Shown: piece by piece, positions 8,254 through 17,936 of the stretch | How positions within the stretch are numbered: the stretch's first letter is position 1 | How the letters are laid out: every line of letters begins with the position of its first letter | Origin: Corynebacterium amycolatum | Lineage (GTDB): Bacteria; Actinomycetota; Actinomycetes; Mycobacteriales; Mycobacteriaceae | Length of the DNA: 32,000 nucleotides | Assembly: GCF_049243625.1 (NCBI RefSeq) | Contig: NZ_CP046975.1 | Reading direction: 5' to 3' (one strand) | The notes under the pieces: generated by a model | What the model was told of the DNA's origin: nothing | Seen by the model: only the letters and a program-made list of their open reading frames with translations | Database searches by the model: none | Program-made: the position numbers and the translations under genes

Positions 8254-9837
8254 ATGACTGCCACGCACGCTCCTCAGCGCGATCGCTCAGCTGCGGTTTT
8301 GAACAAGGCTCGTCGGCAAGCGGACTTGAATCGTCTGCGCGAAGATACCGCTAAGGGCGCGATCCCTGATCTGCTGGTCATCGGCGCCGGTATCACTGGT
8401 GTCGGCATCGCTTTAGATGCAGCATCGAGGGGTTTGAATACCGTTCTCGTCGAATCGAAGGATTTAGCTTTCGGTACCTCTCGTTGGTCGTCGAAGCTCG
8501 CCCACGGCGGCCTGCGCTACCTTGCCAGCGGCAATGTCGGTATCGCTCGCCGCTCAGCTATTGAACGTGGTGCGCTGCTCGACGTCACCGCTCCGCACCT
8601 GGTGCATAACCTGCCGCAGGTCGTACCGGTGATGGATAAGTTTGCACCGCTGACCCGAATTTTGCCACGGTTAGGCTTTTTGGCCGGTGACTTCCTGCGC
8701 ATTATCGCTGGTACCTCCGCCACTACCCTGCCGCTGTCCCGCACTGTCGGTTCCCGCCGAGTCAGCCAGCTTTCGCCGACCGTACGTAAGCGCGAGGTGA
8801 GATTCGGCTACGTCAACTACGACGGTCAGCTGCGTGACGACGCACGCTTGGTCACCGCTATCGCTCGAACTGCCGCTAGCTACGGTGCAACTATTCTGAC
8901 CCGGGTGCGCTGCGAGACTGCCTCTGGCACGAGCGCCACACTAATCGACGAGCTCACTGGCGATTCCTTCGAGCTGCCTGCTCACGCTGTGGTCAATGCC
9001 ACTGGTGTGTGGGCAGCCGAACTGGCGACGAACATCAAGATTCGCCCATCTCGCGGCACACACCTGGTTCTCGACGCCGCGAAGCTAGGCAACCCTACCG
9101 GCTCTCTCACGGTACCGGTGCCCGGTCACACCAACCGTTTCTGTTTTGTCCTGCCCGCAGAGCACAACCGCGTCTACATCGGCCTGACAGATGAGGATGC
9201 ACCGGGCTCGATCCCGGATATTCCGGAAGTACCGGAGGATGACATCGTTTTTCTGCTCGATGTCATCAACCAGGCACTCGAGGTTCCGCTCACTCGCGGC
9301 GATGTCATCGGCGCTTTCGCCGGCCTGCGTCCACTTATCGACGCCGGCGAGGCACACACCGCTGACCTCTCTCGCGAACACGCCTTGTTGGAGGCCCCGA
9401 ACGGCCTGATTTCCATTACTGGTGGCAAACTCACCGAGTACCGTCTTATGGCTGAGCAAACCGTGGATAAGGTCGAAGAGAAGCTCGGTGTTTCGCTTGC
9501 CCCGTGCTCTACCCGCACGATCCCTGTGCTGGGCTCCGAGCCGGAGGAGCTCGACCGCGCTCGCACCGCTGCCGCTGCAGGCCGTATCCCGATGCCGCTG
9601 TTTAATCGCTACGGTGCCGAATCCTTCGAGGTCATCGAATCCTGTCCGCTCGACCGACCGCTCGCCCCGGTAGCGGAGGGTCTCGATGTCACCCGCGCCG
9701 AGTTCGCCTGGCATGTGACGCACGAGGGAGCTCTCAGTGTCGACGATATTCTCGATCGCCGCACACGTCTGGGGCTGGTCAAGGCTGATCGCGAAGCTGC
9801 CCTGCCAGCTGCTGAGGAGGCACTGAGGCTGACCTAG
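8254..9837 (+). CDS. glpD: FAD-dependent glycerol-3-phosphate dehydrogenase
   Basis: I chose the ATG at 8254, preceded by GAGGAAG. The Rossmann motif is DLLVIGAGITGVGIALDAASRG. Blocks SRWSSKLAHGGLRYL and RPSRGTHLV are present. The track's upstream extension (8131) has no SD and an atypical sequence. Confidence 0.9.
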   Translation: MTATHAPQRDRSAAVLNKARRQADLNRLREDTAKGAIPDLLVIGAGITGVGIALDAASRGLNTVLVESKDLAFGTSRWSSKLAHGGLRYLASGNVGIARRSAIERGALLDVTAPHLVHNLPQVVPVMDKFAPLTRILPRLGFLAGDFLRIIAGTSATTLPLSRTVGSRRVSQLSPTVRKREVRFGYVNYDGQLRDDARLVTAIARTAASYGATILTRVRCETASGTSATLIDELTGDSFELPAHAVVNATGVWAAELATNIKIRPSRGTHLVLDAAKLGNPTGSLTVPVPGHTNRFCFVLPAEHNRVYIGLTDEDAPGSIPDIPEVPEDDIVFLLDVINQALEVPLTRGDVIGAFAGLRPLIDAGEAHTADLSREHALLEAPNGLISITGGKLTEYRLMAEQTVDKVEEKLGVSLAPCSTRTIPVLGSEPEELDRARTAAAAGRIPMPLFNRYGAESFEVIESCPLDRPLAPVAEGLDVTRAEFAWHVTHEGALSVDDILDRRTRLGLVKADREAALPAAEEALRLT

Positions 9838-9888
9838 CGCTGGTCATTGCTGTGGCTGCTTCTGATGTGGCCGTAGCTACTGGATAAA

Positions 9889-9917
9889 ACGGGGAGTCTT
9901 CGGACTTCCCGTTTTTT
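9889..9917 (+). terminator. Rho-independent terminator of glpD
   Basis: A 10-bp stem ACGGGGAGTC / GACTTCCCGT has a TTCG loop and is followed by TTTTTT. An A-tract lies upstream. Confidence 0.8.
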
Positions 9918-9934
9918 CTGTATACACGGAAACT

Positions 9935-11086
9935 ATGAGTGTAAATAACGCTGTCACATTCCCCTCCCTCGATAAACTCCGCTCCCGCGGGACAGTCAAA
10001 TGGACCGCATATTCCCCGGACGTGCTGCCACTGTGGGTCGCCGAATCCGATGCCACAACCTGCCCTGCGGTCAGCGCCGCAATCGACGAGGCGTGTCAGC
10101 GCGAACAGTTCGGATACCTCTCGCAAGACATCACCGCGCTTACGACCGCAACCGCGGACTTTTCCGCAGCACGCTACGGATGGCGCCCGAACCCCGACAA
10201 TATCTTTGCAGTCGCCGACGTCGTCCGCGGTGTCACGCTCGCGGTTGAACGCTTCACCCGCCCCGATTCTGCAATTGTCGTCCCCACTCCTGCCTATATG
10301 CCGTTCTTCCAGGTAGGTCCCGCGCTGGGACGCGAGACAGTGTGCATTCCCACGCTTGCCGACGGCCCAGATCTCAGCGCCCTCGAACGCGCCTTCGCCG
10401 ACGGTGCCGGTTGCCTAATCTTGTGTAACCCGAATAACCCTCTCGGCTTTACCTACTCCCCCGAAAAACTGCGTGAGATTACCGATTTAGCCGCTCGCTT
10501 TGGTGCACGAGTTATCTCAGACGAGATTCACGGCCCAGTAGTTCTAAATGGCACTCACACTCCAACCGCGTCGGTGTCGGATACCGCGGCGGCCGTGACT
10601 ATCACAGTGACTGCTACCTCGAAGGGCTGGAATACCGCTGGCCTCAAGTGTGCGCAGATTATCTTTAACGACGAAGATGCCAAAACCTGGCTTGAGCTGC
10701 CCTTCATTGTGCGCGAAGGCGCCTCTATTCTTGGTGTCGCCGCTGCCACCGCCGCCTACCGCGATGGTGTGCCCTGGTTGGACAACTTTATCAATGTCCT
10801 GCGCACCAACCGTGAGACTCTGCGAACACGTTTGTCCACTATTGCGCCGCAGGCTCGCTTTACCCCGCCGCAGGCATCATTCTTGGCGTGGTTGGACTTG
10901 GGTGACGTGCCTGGTGTTGACAGTGATGACCCAGCTGCGTGGTTGGTTGAAAACGCCAAAATAGCACTAAACCCCGGCTTCGCATTCGGCGAAGGCGGGG
11001 CTGGGCATGTGCGGCTTAACTTTGCGACCTCCCCGGAAATCCTCAGTGAGGCCCTGGACCGTCTCGACGCGGCCCTGCGCTTGTAG
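9935..11086 (+). CDS. PLP-dependent aminotransferase class I/II, MalY/PatB-type C-S lyase (cystathionine beta-lyase-like)
   Basis: Motifs are CNPNNPLG, the PLP-lysine block TATSKGWNTAGLK, and HVRLNFATS near the C-terminus. Confidence 0.85.
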   Translation: MSVNNAVTFPSLDKLRSRGTVKWTAYSPDVLPLWVAESDATTCPAVSAAIDEACQREQFGYLSQDITALTTATADFSAARYGWRPNPDNIFAVADVVRGVTLAVERFTRPDSAIVVPTPAYMPFFQVGPALGRETVCIPTLADGPDLSALERAFADGAGCLILCNPNNPLGFTYSPEKLREITDLAARFGARVISDEIHGPVVLNGTHTPTASVSDTAAAVTITVTATSKGWNTAGLKCAQIIFNDEDAKTWLELPFIVREGASILGVAAATAAYRDGVPWLDNFINVLRTNRETLRTRLSTIAPQARFTPPQASFLAWLDLGDVPGVDSDDPAAWLVENAKIALNPGFAFGEGGAGHVRLNFATSPEILSEALDRLDAALRL

Positions 11087-11094
11087 TTGACGTT

Positions 11095-12453
11095 TTAGTT
11101 GGTGACAGTGACGCTGCCATCGGCGTTGACAACAACGTTGGCGGCCAGAGCGCGAGCCAGGTTCATGCGAACGTGCTGCCCCTCACCGTCGGTGCGGTCG
11201 AGCGGGTAACCGGATGGGATTGCAGTCTGAGCAAGGATGGAGTTGCGCTGTTCCTCAGTCAACTGCGGGAAGCGAGTCTCCAGCAACCCTGCGTAACGCT
11301 TCGGAACAACAACTGGCTCATTAGCCGGGCCAACCTGCTTGAAGTCGTAGGTCATGCGCTCGGTGTACTGCTGAACGGCAGCTGCGGTGCTCATGTACGG
11401 GGTGTCCTTGGCAACGCAGTTGGCGATGGTGTCGCCACAGCGGTACTCGAGCTCCGTACGCAGCTCATCCATTGCTTCTTCGATGAGTGGGCGGAACTCT
11501 GGGTCTGCCCAACGGTCAGCTGCGGCCTGGTTGCCCATCATGCGGCCGCCCATGACGTCCAGAGGGTAGTGGACGCCCATGACAAGGCGAGAATGACCGG
11601 CCTCGGACGCACGCGCCTGAATCTGTGGCGCAACCTCCGGCAACATTAGGGCCAGCAGGGTTGAAGTCCATGCAGCCTTGTTGGTGTGACCCGACGGGTA
11701 GGACGGCGTGGTCGAGTACGGGTCATCCTGGCCTTCGCGGTAGTAGCGCTCGATGCGCTCCGGCGCCACCACAAACGGGCGATCGTAGCCGTAGACGTAC
11801 TTCTCGAAGAAGGTCGAGCTGACCAGACCGCCGCCGCGAGCAAGGTTGCCGGACAGCAGGGCCTTCACCTTCGGCAGCCGATCCTCATCGTAGGCATCAC
11901 GGAAGTGCTGACCCAGGCTTGCACCGAAAGCAGTGGAAATATTGGCCAGTGGGTCTAGGTAGTCGTCATCAAGAGCGAGTTCCTGTGCCTGCGGGTCATT
12001 CTTGGCAGCGTTGTTAATGCGGACGACCGTTTCGAGGTTCTGGTCCATGACCTCTGGGTGGCTCTTCTCCAGCTCCACGAAAGGATGCACAACGTAGAAG
12101 TAGAACCAGTTATCGGTGGCGGCATCCGATGGGTAAGCGCGCGCAATCTGGTCCGGGCGGTACGAGGTTGGCTTCGGCGCATTCGGGTCGGTGTTTTCCC
12201 CGGAAGATGATGGCAGCGAAATGGAATCCGGGACCTCCAAGCCACCGCCGGGCAGCTTAATTCCCTCTGGAGCGGCCACATTAGCTGGGAGATCAGAAAC
12301 AGAGTCCAGGCGGTTGCCCAGCTCGGCCAACGGGTTGACCGGAGCTGCCACGGCCGTTGCCGGCGTAAGCCCCATTACAACTGCCACTGCTGCGGTAGCA
12401 GCGCCGACGCGAGTACGAGTTGCAATGCGCTTGTGCGGCTTCAAAGAAGACAC
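11095..12453 (-). CDS. Secreted PAP2-superfamily acid phosphatase
   Basis: PAP2 motifs are KYVYGYDRPF, SYPSGHT and SRLVMGVHYPLD. The signal-like N-terminus is RIATRTRVGAATAAVAVVMGLTPATAVA. I chose the GTG at 12453, 7 nt after GGAAAGGAA. The maximal ORF extends to 12516. Confidence 0.8.
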   Translation of the reverse strand: MSSLKPHKRIATRTRVGAATAAVAVVMGLTPATAVAAPVNPLAELGNRLDSVSDLPANVAAPEGIKLPGGGLEVPDSISLPSSSGENTDPNAPKPTSYRPDQIARAYPSDAATDNWFYFYVVHPFVELEKSHPEVMDQNLETVVRINNAAKNDPQAQELALDDDYLDPLANISTAFGASLGQHFRDAYDEDRLPKVKALLSGNLARGGGLVSSTFFEKYVYGYDRPFVVAPERIERYYREGQDDPYSTTPSYPSGHTNKAAWTSTLLALMLPEVAPQIQARASEAGHSRLVMGVHYPLDVMGGRMMGNQAAADRWADPEFRPLIEEAMDELRTELEYRCGDTIANCVAKDTPYMSTAAAVQQYTERMTYDFKQVGPANEPVVVPKRYAGLLETRFPQLTEEQRNSILAQTAIPSGYPLDRTDGEGQHVRMNLARALAANVVVNADGSVTVTN

Positions 12454-12651
12454 TGAAACATTCCTTTCCAGATTGCTGCGTGGGAGGCACCAGTTGTGAA
12501 GTGCTCTATAAGCCAAGGTCTGACAAAATCTTCACTTATGTTAAGCGCACTGTGAGGTTTCGGCTCGTTGAAAAGAAACAAGTTTTCAAGATGCTAGCGC
12601 CAATCGTGGGAACTTTCCCCCTCAGACGCCGGGTTTTCACTGATAAATGCA

Positions 12652-12692
12652 TAAAAGAAACCGGTTGGCGGGATAAACGCCCGTCAACCGGT
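12652..12692 (-). terminator. Rho-independent terminator after the 3-hydroxybutyryl-CoA dehydrogenase gene
   Basis: A 13-bp stem (12660-12672 / 12680-12692, one G-U pair) has a 7-nt loop. On the minus strand it is followed by TTCTTTTAT. Confidence 0.7.
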
Positions 12693-12733
12693 AAGAATTC
12701 AATACTCGCCCCAAACGGGGCTAAAAGCGTGGA

Positions 12734-13600
12734 CTACTTGGAGTAGTCGTAGAAGCCACGTCCGGACTTGCGGCCGAAGTGACCCGCCTCAACCATGCGC
12801 TTGAGCAGCGGAGGTGCCGCGTAAGTCGGCTCCTTGTACTCATCGAACATGGCATCGGCAATGAACTTGATGGTGTCCAGACCAACCATGTCGGCCAGAG
12901 TCAGCGGACCCATCGGGTGCGCACAGCCATTGACCATGCCGGCATCGATGTCCTCTGCGGTAGCGATGCCGTCCTGCAGCATGCGGATAGCGCCGAGGAT
13001 GTACGGAACCAGCAGAGCGTTAACAATGAAGCCCGAGCGGTCCTTAGCGCGAATGACGGTCTTGCCCAGCGCCTCGGAAGCGTACTCGTACGCACGCTCC
13101 GACTGAACATCACCGGTCGTCAGAGTAACGACATGCTCTACCAGAGGCAGAACCGGAACCGGGTTGAAGAAGTGCAGGCCCATGACACGCTCCGGGCGCT
13201 TGGTGGCTGCAGCAATGGACTGAATTGGTAGCGAGGAGGTGTTGGAAGCCAGGATGGCATCGTCCGACTCAACAATCTCATCGAGCTGCGAGAAGACGCT
13301 GGCCTTTACTTCCGGGTTCTCCACGATGGCCTCGATGACCAGTTCACGGTCAGCGAAGTCTTCCAGCTTGGTGGTGAAGCTAATACGCCCCAGAATCTCG
13401 TCACGTGCAGACTGCTCTAGCTTGCCACGGGAAACGGCCTTATCCAGCGACTTTTCAATACGGGCGCGACCGGACTCAAGGAACTCTTCCTTGGCCTCCC
13501 AGACCTTGACATCGCTACCGGCCTTCGCACAGACCTCAATAATTCCGGAGCCCATCTGACCGGCGCCGACGATACCTACTCGCGAGATGCTATTTGCCAT
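12734..13600 (-). CDS. 3-hydroxybutyryl-CoA / 3-hydroxyacyl-CoA dehydrogenase (NAD-binding)
   Basis: The Rossmann motif is VGIVGAGQMGSGI. NTSSL and HFFNPVP blocks are present, along with the C-terminal GRKSGRGFYDY typical of Hbd/FadB2. Confidence 0.9.
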   Translation of the reverse strand: MANSISRVGIVGAGQMGSGIIEVCAKAGSDVKVWEAKEEFLESGRARIEKSLDKAVSRGKLEQSARDEILGRISFTTKLEDFADRELVIEAIVENPEVKASVFSQLDEIVESDDAILASNTSSLPIQSIAAATKRPERVMGLHFFNPVPVLPLVEHVVTLTTGDVQSERAYEYASEALGKTVIRAKDRSGFIVNALLVPYILGAIRMLQDGIATAEDIDAGMVNGCAHPMGPLTLADMVGLDTIKFIADAMFDEYKEPTYAAPPLLKRMVEAGHFGRKSGRGFYDYSK

Positions 13601-13786
13601 TGGCGTATTTTCCTACCTTCTACTCTGGGCTATTAGTCAGCATTGTGCTTCATCCGAGTGCGCATTCGCTTGACGACGATCACAGCGCACTGGCTTTATT
13701 TACACGCTACTCACTTCCCCGGTTCCCCGGGCACGCTTTGCAGGACTTTTTTACTTGAATTTCCCCCCACGAGGTTTGGGCAGCGG

Positions 13787-14404
13787 CTAGTACTGCATAC
13801 GTTTTTCCAGCGCCTGCTGAATATCTTCCAGCTGCTGCTGAGAAGAGCGTGCCAATTCTTGCAGGTCGTTTCCGCCATGCTTTTCCAGTTCTTCCCACTG
13901 GCCGAGCATCTTATCCAGGCTGCCTTCCATCAACGTCAGATAAGCCATATCTGCGTGTGGCCCCTCCTCGTTTTCGAGGCGAGTCATGGTGGCGGTGTCG
14001 AGCTTGGTCTCAGACGGATCGACATCGACGCCGAGAGTCTTGACTAGCTGCGATTCCTCTTCAGCAAAGATTGGCTCCGCCTGCTGCGCAATCTTTCGGG
14101 TCTCTTCCGAGACCGTTTCCTTCGCAATTAGCGCCTGCGATGCTTTCTTCAGCGCCGCAGTATCCGCCGCCAGCTGAGCCAAGTTATCCCGAATAGCGGC
14201 GGTGGAGGCAACAGCACTCGGCGCCTGGCTTGACTGATGTTGGCTGCCTTCCAAAGCTGCCTCATCGCTGTCCCCACAGGCACTGAGACCAACGACGAGA
14301 GCAGAGGCCAGCACAGCAGAGCCAATACGCAGGCCGCGTCCAATCAGAGAATAGGTGTCGCTGCTGGAAGCGGCTGCGCCATCGCGAATGGTGTCTGAGG
14401 ACAT
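13787..14404 (-). CDS. Putative lipoprotein, function unknown
   Basis: The lipobox is VVGLSAC after a hydrophobic segment. The mature part is Glu/Gln/Ala-rich and helical. Its start overlaps the upstream ABM gene stop (TAATG). Confidence 0.55.
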   Translation of the reverse strand: MSSDTIRDGAAASSSDTYSLIGRGLRIGSAVLASALVVGLSACGDSDEAALEGSQHQSSQAPSAVASTAAIRDNLAQLAADTAALKKASQALIAKETVSEETRKIAQQAEPIFAEEESQLVKTLGVDVDPSETKLDTATMTRLENEEGPHADMAYLTLMEGSLDKMLGQWEELEKHGGNDLQELARSSQQQLEDIQQALEKRMQY

Positions 14405-14727
14405 TAGTCGACCTGCAGCTCGCCCATGCGATCCCAGTCCTGCTTATCTGGCAGTACCTGCGAGACAATCTTCGGGGTCTCAGCGAGCAGCGGCTTCATC
14501 GCCTCCAGCCCCTTGGCGAAGTGCTCGGAATTGACGTGGGCTTCACCAGCGTCATCATCGAATGCCTCGACGAGAATGTACTGGTTGGGGTCTTCTACGC
14601 TGCGGGACCATTCAAACCACTTGTTGCCAGCCTCTGCGCGGGTGGCAGCGGTGAACTCGGCGACGTGGTCCATCCATTCGTCGGCAAACTCCGGCTTAAC
14701 TTGGTAATTCACAACGATAAAAATCAT
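14404..14727 (-). CDS. Antibiotic-biosynthesis-monooxygenase (ABM) domain protein
   Basis: The sequence MIFIVVNYQVKPEFADEW...ILVEAFDDDAGEAHVNSEHF shows a ferredoxin-like ABM pattern. I chose the start at the internal ATG (14727). The maximal ORF extends to 14763. Confidence 0.7.
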   Translation of the reverse strand: MIFIVVNYQVKPEFADEWMDHVAEFTAATRAEAGNKWFEWSRSVEDPNQYILVEAFDDDAGEAHVNSEHFAKGLEAMKPLLAETPKIVSQVLPDKQDWDRMGELQVD

Positions 14728-14833
14728 GTCGCCCACTGTAGGCGCGTCCAAGCAGAATTGCACCCTTCGAAGAATAGAGTTTCGCTAAGAATTTTTCTTA
14801 CGCTGACCTCAGGTGACAGTTATATTGGTTTGT

Positions 14834-15388
14834 ATGATGAACACTCCGCTCATTCTCACCTACCAAGATAAGACCCCACGTATTCATTCCAGCGCCTGGA
14901 TTGCGCCCGGCGCGGTCATTATCGGTGATGTCGAAATCGGTGCGGATAGCTCCGTGTTCTACGGTTCTGTTCTCCGAGGTGACGTCGCACCGATTCGCAT
15001 TGGCCAGCGCACCAATATTCAAGACAACTCCACGGTCCATGTCGACCGAGGCGTGCCCACAATTCTCGGCGATGATGTCACCGTCGGACACATGGCTTTG
15101 GTCCACGGCACCACGGTTGAAGATGGTTGCCTCATCGGCATGAAGTCCACCCTGCTTTCACGTTCCCATATCGGCGCTGGCAGCCTCATTGCCGCAGGTG
15201 CCGTGGTATTAGAAGATCAGGTCATCGACCCCAGATCACTGGCTGCAGGCGTTCCCGCCAAGGTGCGTCGTCAACTCTCGGCTGAGGAAGCAGAGGGCTT
15301 CATCGCCCATGCAGGGCGTTATGTGGAAACAGCGTCCAACCACCGCCACCTCCGCGAGGTCGACCTGGATATGGTGACTTTTAACTAG
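14834..15388 (+). CDS. Gamma-class carbonic-anhydrase-like / hexapeptide-repeat protein (YrdA/PaaY family)
   Basis: Left-handed beta-helix repeats are present (IAPGAVIIGDVEIGADSSVFYGSVLRGD). His ligands lie in HVDRGVPTILGDDVTVGHMALVHG. TATATT at 14821-14826 sits 7 nt before the ATG, suggesting a leaderless transcript. Confidence 0.85.
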   Translation: MMNTPLILTYQDKTPRIHSSAWIAPGAVIIGDVEIGADSSVFYGSVLRGDVAPIRIGQRTNIQDNSTVHVDRGVPTILGDDVTVGHMALVHGTTVEDGCLIGMKSTLLSRSHIGAGSLIAAGAVVLEDQVIDPRSLAAGVPAKVRRQLSAEEAEGFIAHAGRYVETASNHRHLREVDLDMVTFN

Positions 15389-15450
15389 GTGGCTGCCGAG
15401 GCACCTAGCTGAGCGGCTAGGCGGATAGTTTGACGGTTAACGTAGCAGCA

Positions 15451-16158
15451 CTACACCACAGTCGCGCCCGCCGCGGCCAATTCCGCTAGTGCAGCCTTGC
15501 CGCGCTCCGGGTCCACCGCCGCGACCTGATTGCTCAAAACGCGGACGGAAAAACCCTCCTTGAGACCATCCAGCACAGTGGCGCGGACGCAGTGGTCAGT
15601 CGCAACACCCACCACATCGATTTCTTCGATGTCAGAGGCGCGGAGAGCGTCGGCAAGCGAAACGTCAGCCTCCGTTGTTCCCTCGAAACCGGAGTAGGCG
15701 GCGGCGTACTCCCCTTTCGTAACATCGATGCGCACAGCAGCGGGGTTGAGCTGCTCAAAAAACGCAATAGCGCGCTGCATGCCGGGGTGAATTTCCGCAC
15801 CCGGGGTACCTGCGACACAGTGTTTCGGCCAGGTATCGACGTAATCCGGGGTTTCAGAGAAGTGAGTGCCTGGGGCGATGTGATTGTCACGGGTGGTCGC
15901 AAGAACCGAGTACTTGTTCGCTGTGCCCGCGACATGCAGATAGGTAGCGGTGTACGCTGCCTCAGCACCGTCGACGGCAAGTGCGCCGCCGGCGGAAAGA
16001 TCATTCTGAGCGTCGACGACTATCAGTGCCATGCGGGGACGCGCCGGGCGTTGTTGTTCCTCGGAGCCGGCATCGTTGCTGGTATCTGACTCGTTGTCCG
16101 CGTTATCGGCGTTGCCCGCGTTGACCTGTCGGTAGATTTCGGAGAAGGAAGCGTTCAT
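15451..16158 (-). CDS. pncA: Nicotinamidase / isochorismatase-family hydrolase
   Basis: Motifs are LIVVDAQNDL and VGVATDHCVRATVLD (catalytic Cys). An acidic low-complexity N-terminal extension (NAGNADNADNESDTSND) may not be translated. An alternative ATG lies at 16032. Confidence 0.75.
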   Translation of the reverse strand: MNASFSEIYRQVNAGNADNADNESDTSNDAGSEEQQRPARPRMALIVVDAQNDLSAGGALAVDGAEAAYTATYLHVAGTANKYSVLATTRDNHIAPGTHFSETPDYVDTWPKHCVAGTPGAEIHPGMQRAIAFFEQLNPAAVRIDVTKGEYAAAYSGFEGTTEADVSLADALRASDIEEIDVVGVATDHCVRATVLDGLKEGFSVRVLSNQVAAVDPERGKAALAELAAAGATVV

Positions 16159-16329
16159 GGCCTATATCTTGCCACGTGCTCACATTCAGAGGAGCACGCT
16201 AACTATCGACAAGACTTCAACAAGCTACCGACAACAAAGAGTCAATCCGGTGTAGCGGTTAGAATCGTTTCGATAATCCTTTGATACGACGTCGGCTCTT
16301 AGTCGCGTCCTCCAATGCGGGAGGTTTTT

Positions 16330-17316
16330 ATGGCAGGCGGACTTGTCGCGCTGCTTGACGACGTTGCCACGATTGCACGGGCTGCAGCGGCAACAACAGA
16401 CGATATTGCGGCTGCGGCCGGCAAAGCTAGCGCTAAAGCCGCCGGTGTTGTGGTTGACGACGCTGCGGTGACGCCTAAATTCGTCGATGGTGTCTCGCCG
16501 AAACGCGAGCTGCCGATTATTTGGCGTATCACCAAGGGCTCCTTGGTAAATAAAATTGTCATTATTCTGCCGATTGCGCTGCTGCTCAGTCAGTTTCTGC
16601 CTTGGGCGCTGACGCCGATTTTGATGCTCGGTGGCTCATACCTGTGCTTTGAGGGCATGGAAAAGGTCTGGGAGAAGATTAAGCACCGGATCTCTCCCGA
16701 TCAGACTGAGCAGGAACGGATGGAGGCGGCGACCAACCGCACACCGCAGAATGAAGATTCGCTGGTGAAGTCTGCAATTTTCACCGACTTAATTCTCTCT
16801 GCGGAAATCATGGTGATTTCTCTCAATGAGGTCGCTGATCAGCCGCTGCTCAACCGCGCGCTGATTCTTATCGTGGTGGCACTCATCATCACGCTTGCGG
16901 TCTACGGCGTGGTGGGCTTCTTGGTCAAGATTGATGACATTGGCCTGCACCTGCAGTCCAAGGAGTCAGCCGGTATCAGCAAGTTTGGTGCGGCGCTGGT
17001 CAAAGCCATGCCAATCGTTCTGAACACGATCGGCATTATCGGCACGTTTGCCATGTTGTGGGTCGGTGGCCACATCATGGTGGTCGGTCTCGACGAGCTG
17101 GGCTGGCACCTCCCCTACCAGCTAGTCCACAACCTTGAGCAGCTGTTTACCGGCGGCTTCCTCGGCTGGTTGGCCAACACCACCGGCTCACTGATTTTCG
17201 GCACCATCTGGGGTGCAATCATTGTGGCGATTGTCGCCGTGCTGCCATTCGACCACGGCAAGCACGACAAGTCTGACCAGGAAAATGCAGCGAAGGCCTC
17301 TGCCAAGGAAAGCTGA
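16330..17316 (+). CDS. DUF808 (YedI-like) inner-membrane protein
   Basis: The ATG at 16330 follows GGGAGG. The N-terminus MAGGLVALLDDVATIAR is characteristic of DUF808. Several TM segments follow. Confidence 0.8.
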   Translation: MAGGLVALLDDVATIARAAAATTDDIAAAAGKASAKAAGVVVDDAAVTPKFVDGVSPKRELPIIWRITKGSLVNKIVIILPIALLLSQFLPWALTPILMLGGSYLCFEGMEKVWEKIKHRISPDQTEQERMEAATNRTPQNEDSLVKSAIFTDLILSAEIMVISLNEVADQPLLNRALILIVVALIITLAVYGVVGFLVKIDDIGLHLQSKESAGISKFGAALVKAMPIVLNTIGIIGTFAMLWVGGHIMVVGLDELGWHLPYQLVHNLEQLFTGGFLGWLANTTGSLIFGTIWGAIIVAIVAVLPFDHGKHDKSDQENAAKASAKES

Positions 17317-17319
17317 CGC

Positions 17320-17814
17320 TTAGGAGTAGGTGACCTCGCCGTCGACGTAGACCCAACGTCGCGCACGACGAACAAAACGGGAACGCTCGTGCATCGTGCC
17401 GACACCGTCATGGTCATGAAAGGCCGCTTCAAATTCCACGATGCCTTCGCGGTCGTCCTCGCCACCATCGACAGTGTTGATGATGGTGAGTCCTTCCCAT
17501 TCGACACCGTCATCGACATTGATAACTTCCGGGCGGTACCGCGGATGCCACGTCCGCCAGATGTAATCCACCTCGTGGGCAGCGTAAGCGCTGTACCTCG
17601 CTGCCATCAGCTCAGCTGCGGTCAAAGCCTCCCGCTCACCGCGGTGCAGCGGGCCACAGCACTGCCCGTAGAGTCCCCCACCGCACGGGCACAAATCGGA
17701 ATCAGTAACGCGGGCGCGAGCGAAAAATGCGTTCCCGCTTCCTGCTCTAGCACCGTTTCCTGTTCCCAATCCGGCCTCCGTTACAGCACTGTTTTCTCTT
17801 AACTGCCGACCCAT
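17320..17814 (-). CDS. YchJ-family protein (SEC-C-like Cys motif plus UPF0225 domain)
   Basis: The metal-binding-type motif is CPCGGGLYGQCCGPLH. I chose the ATG at 17814, 9 nt after GGGGAGGGG. The maximal ORF extends to 17856. Confidence 0.75.
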   Translation of the reverse strand: MGRQLRENSAVTEAGLGTGNGARAGSGNAFFARARVTDSDLCPCGGGLYGQCCGPLHRGEREALTAAELMAARYSAYAAHEVDYIWRTWHPRYRPEVINVDDGVEWEGLTIINTVDGGEDDREGIVEFEAAFHDHDGVGTMHERSRFVRRARRWVYVDGEVTYS

Positions 17815-17936
17815 AGTCGCCAGCCCCTCCCCAATCTCACACGTGGTACTAAACACGTCCTAACAACGTCTTTACATACCTACCAATTGGCCGGCAGCGC
17901 CGCTAGTCGGTTTAGCCCCGAGAGGCTTGACGACGG

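Noticed and set aside
1140-16110. Similar Asn/Ala/Asp low-complexity strings in the TreS tail ([12 protein letters not shown]) and the PncA N-terminus (NAGNADNADNE)
   Set aside because: These are short compositionally biased peptides in unrelated genes on opposite strands. There is no evidence of a shared element.
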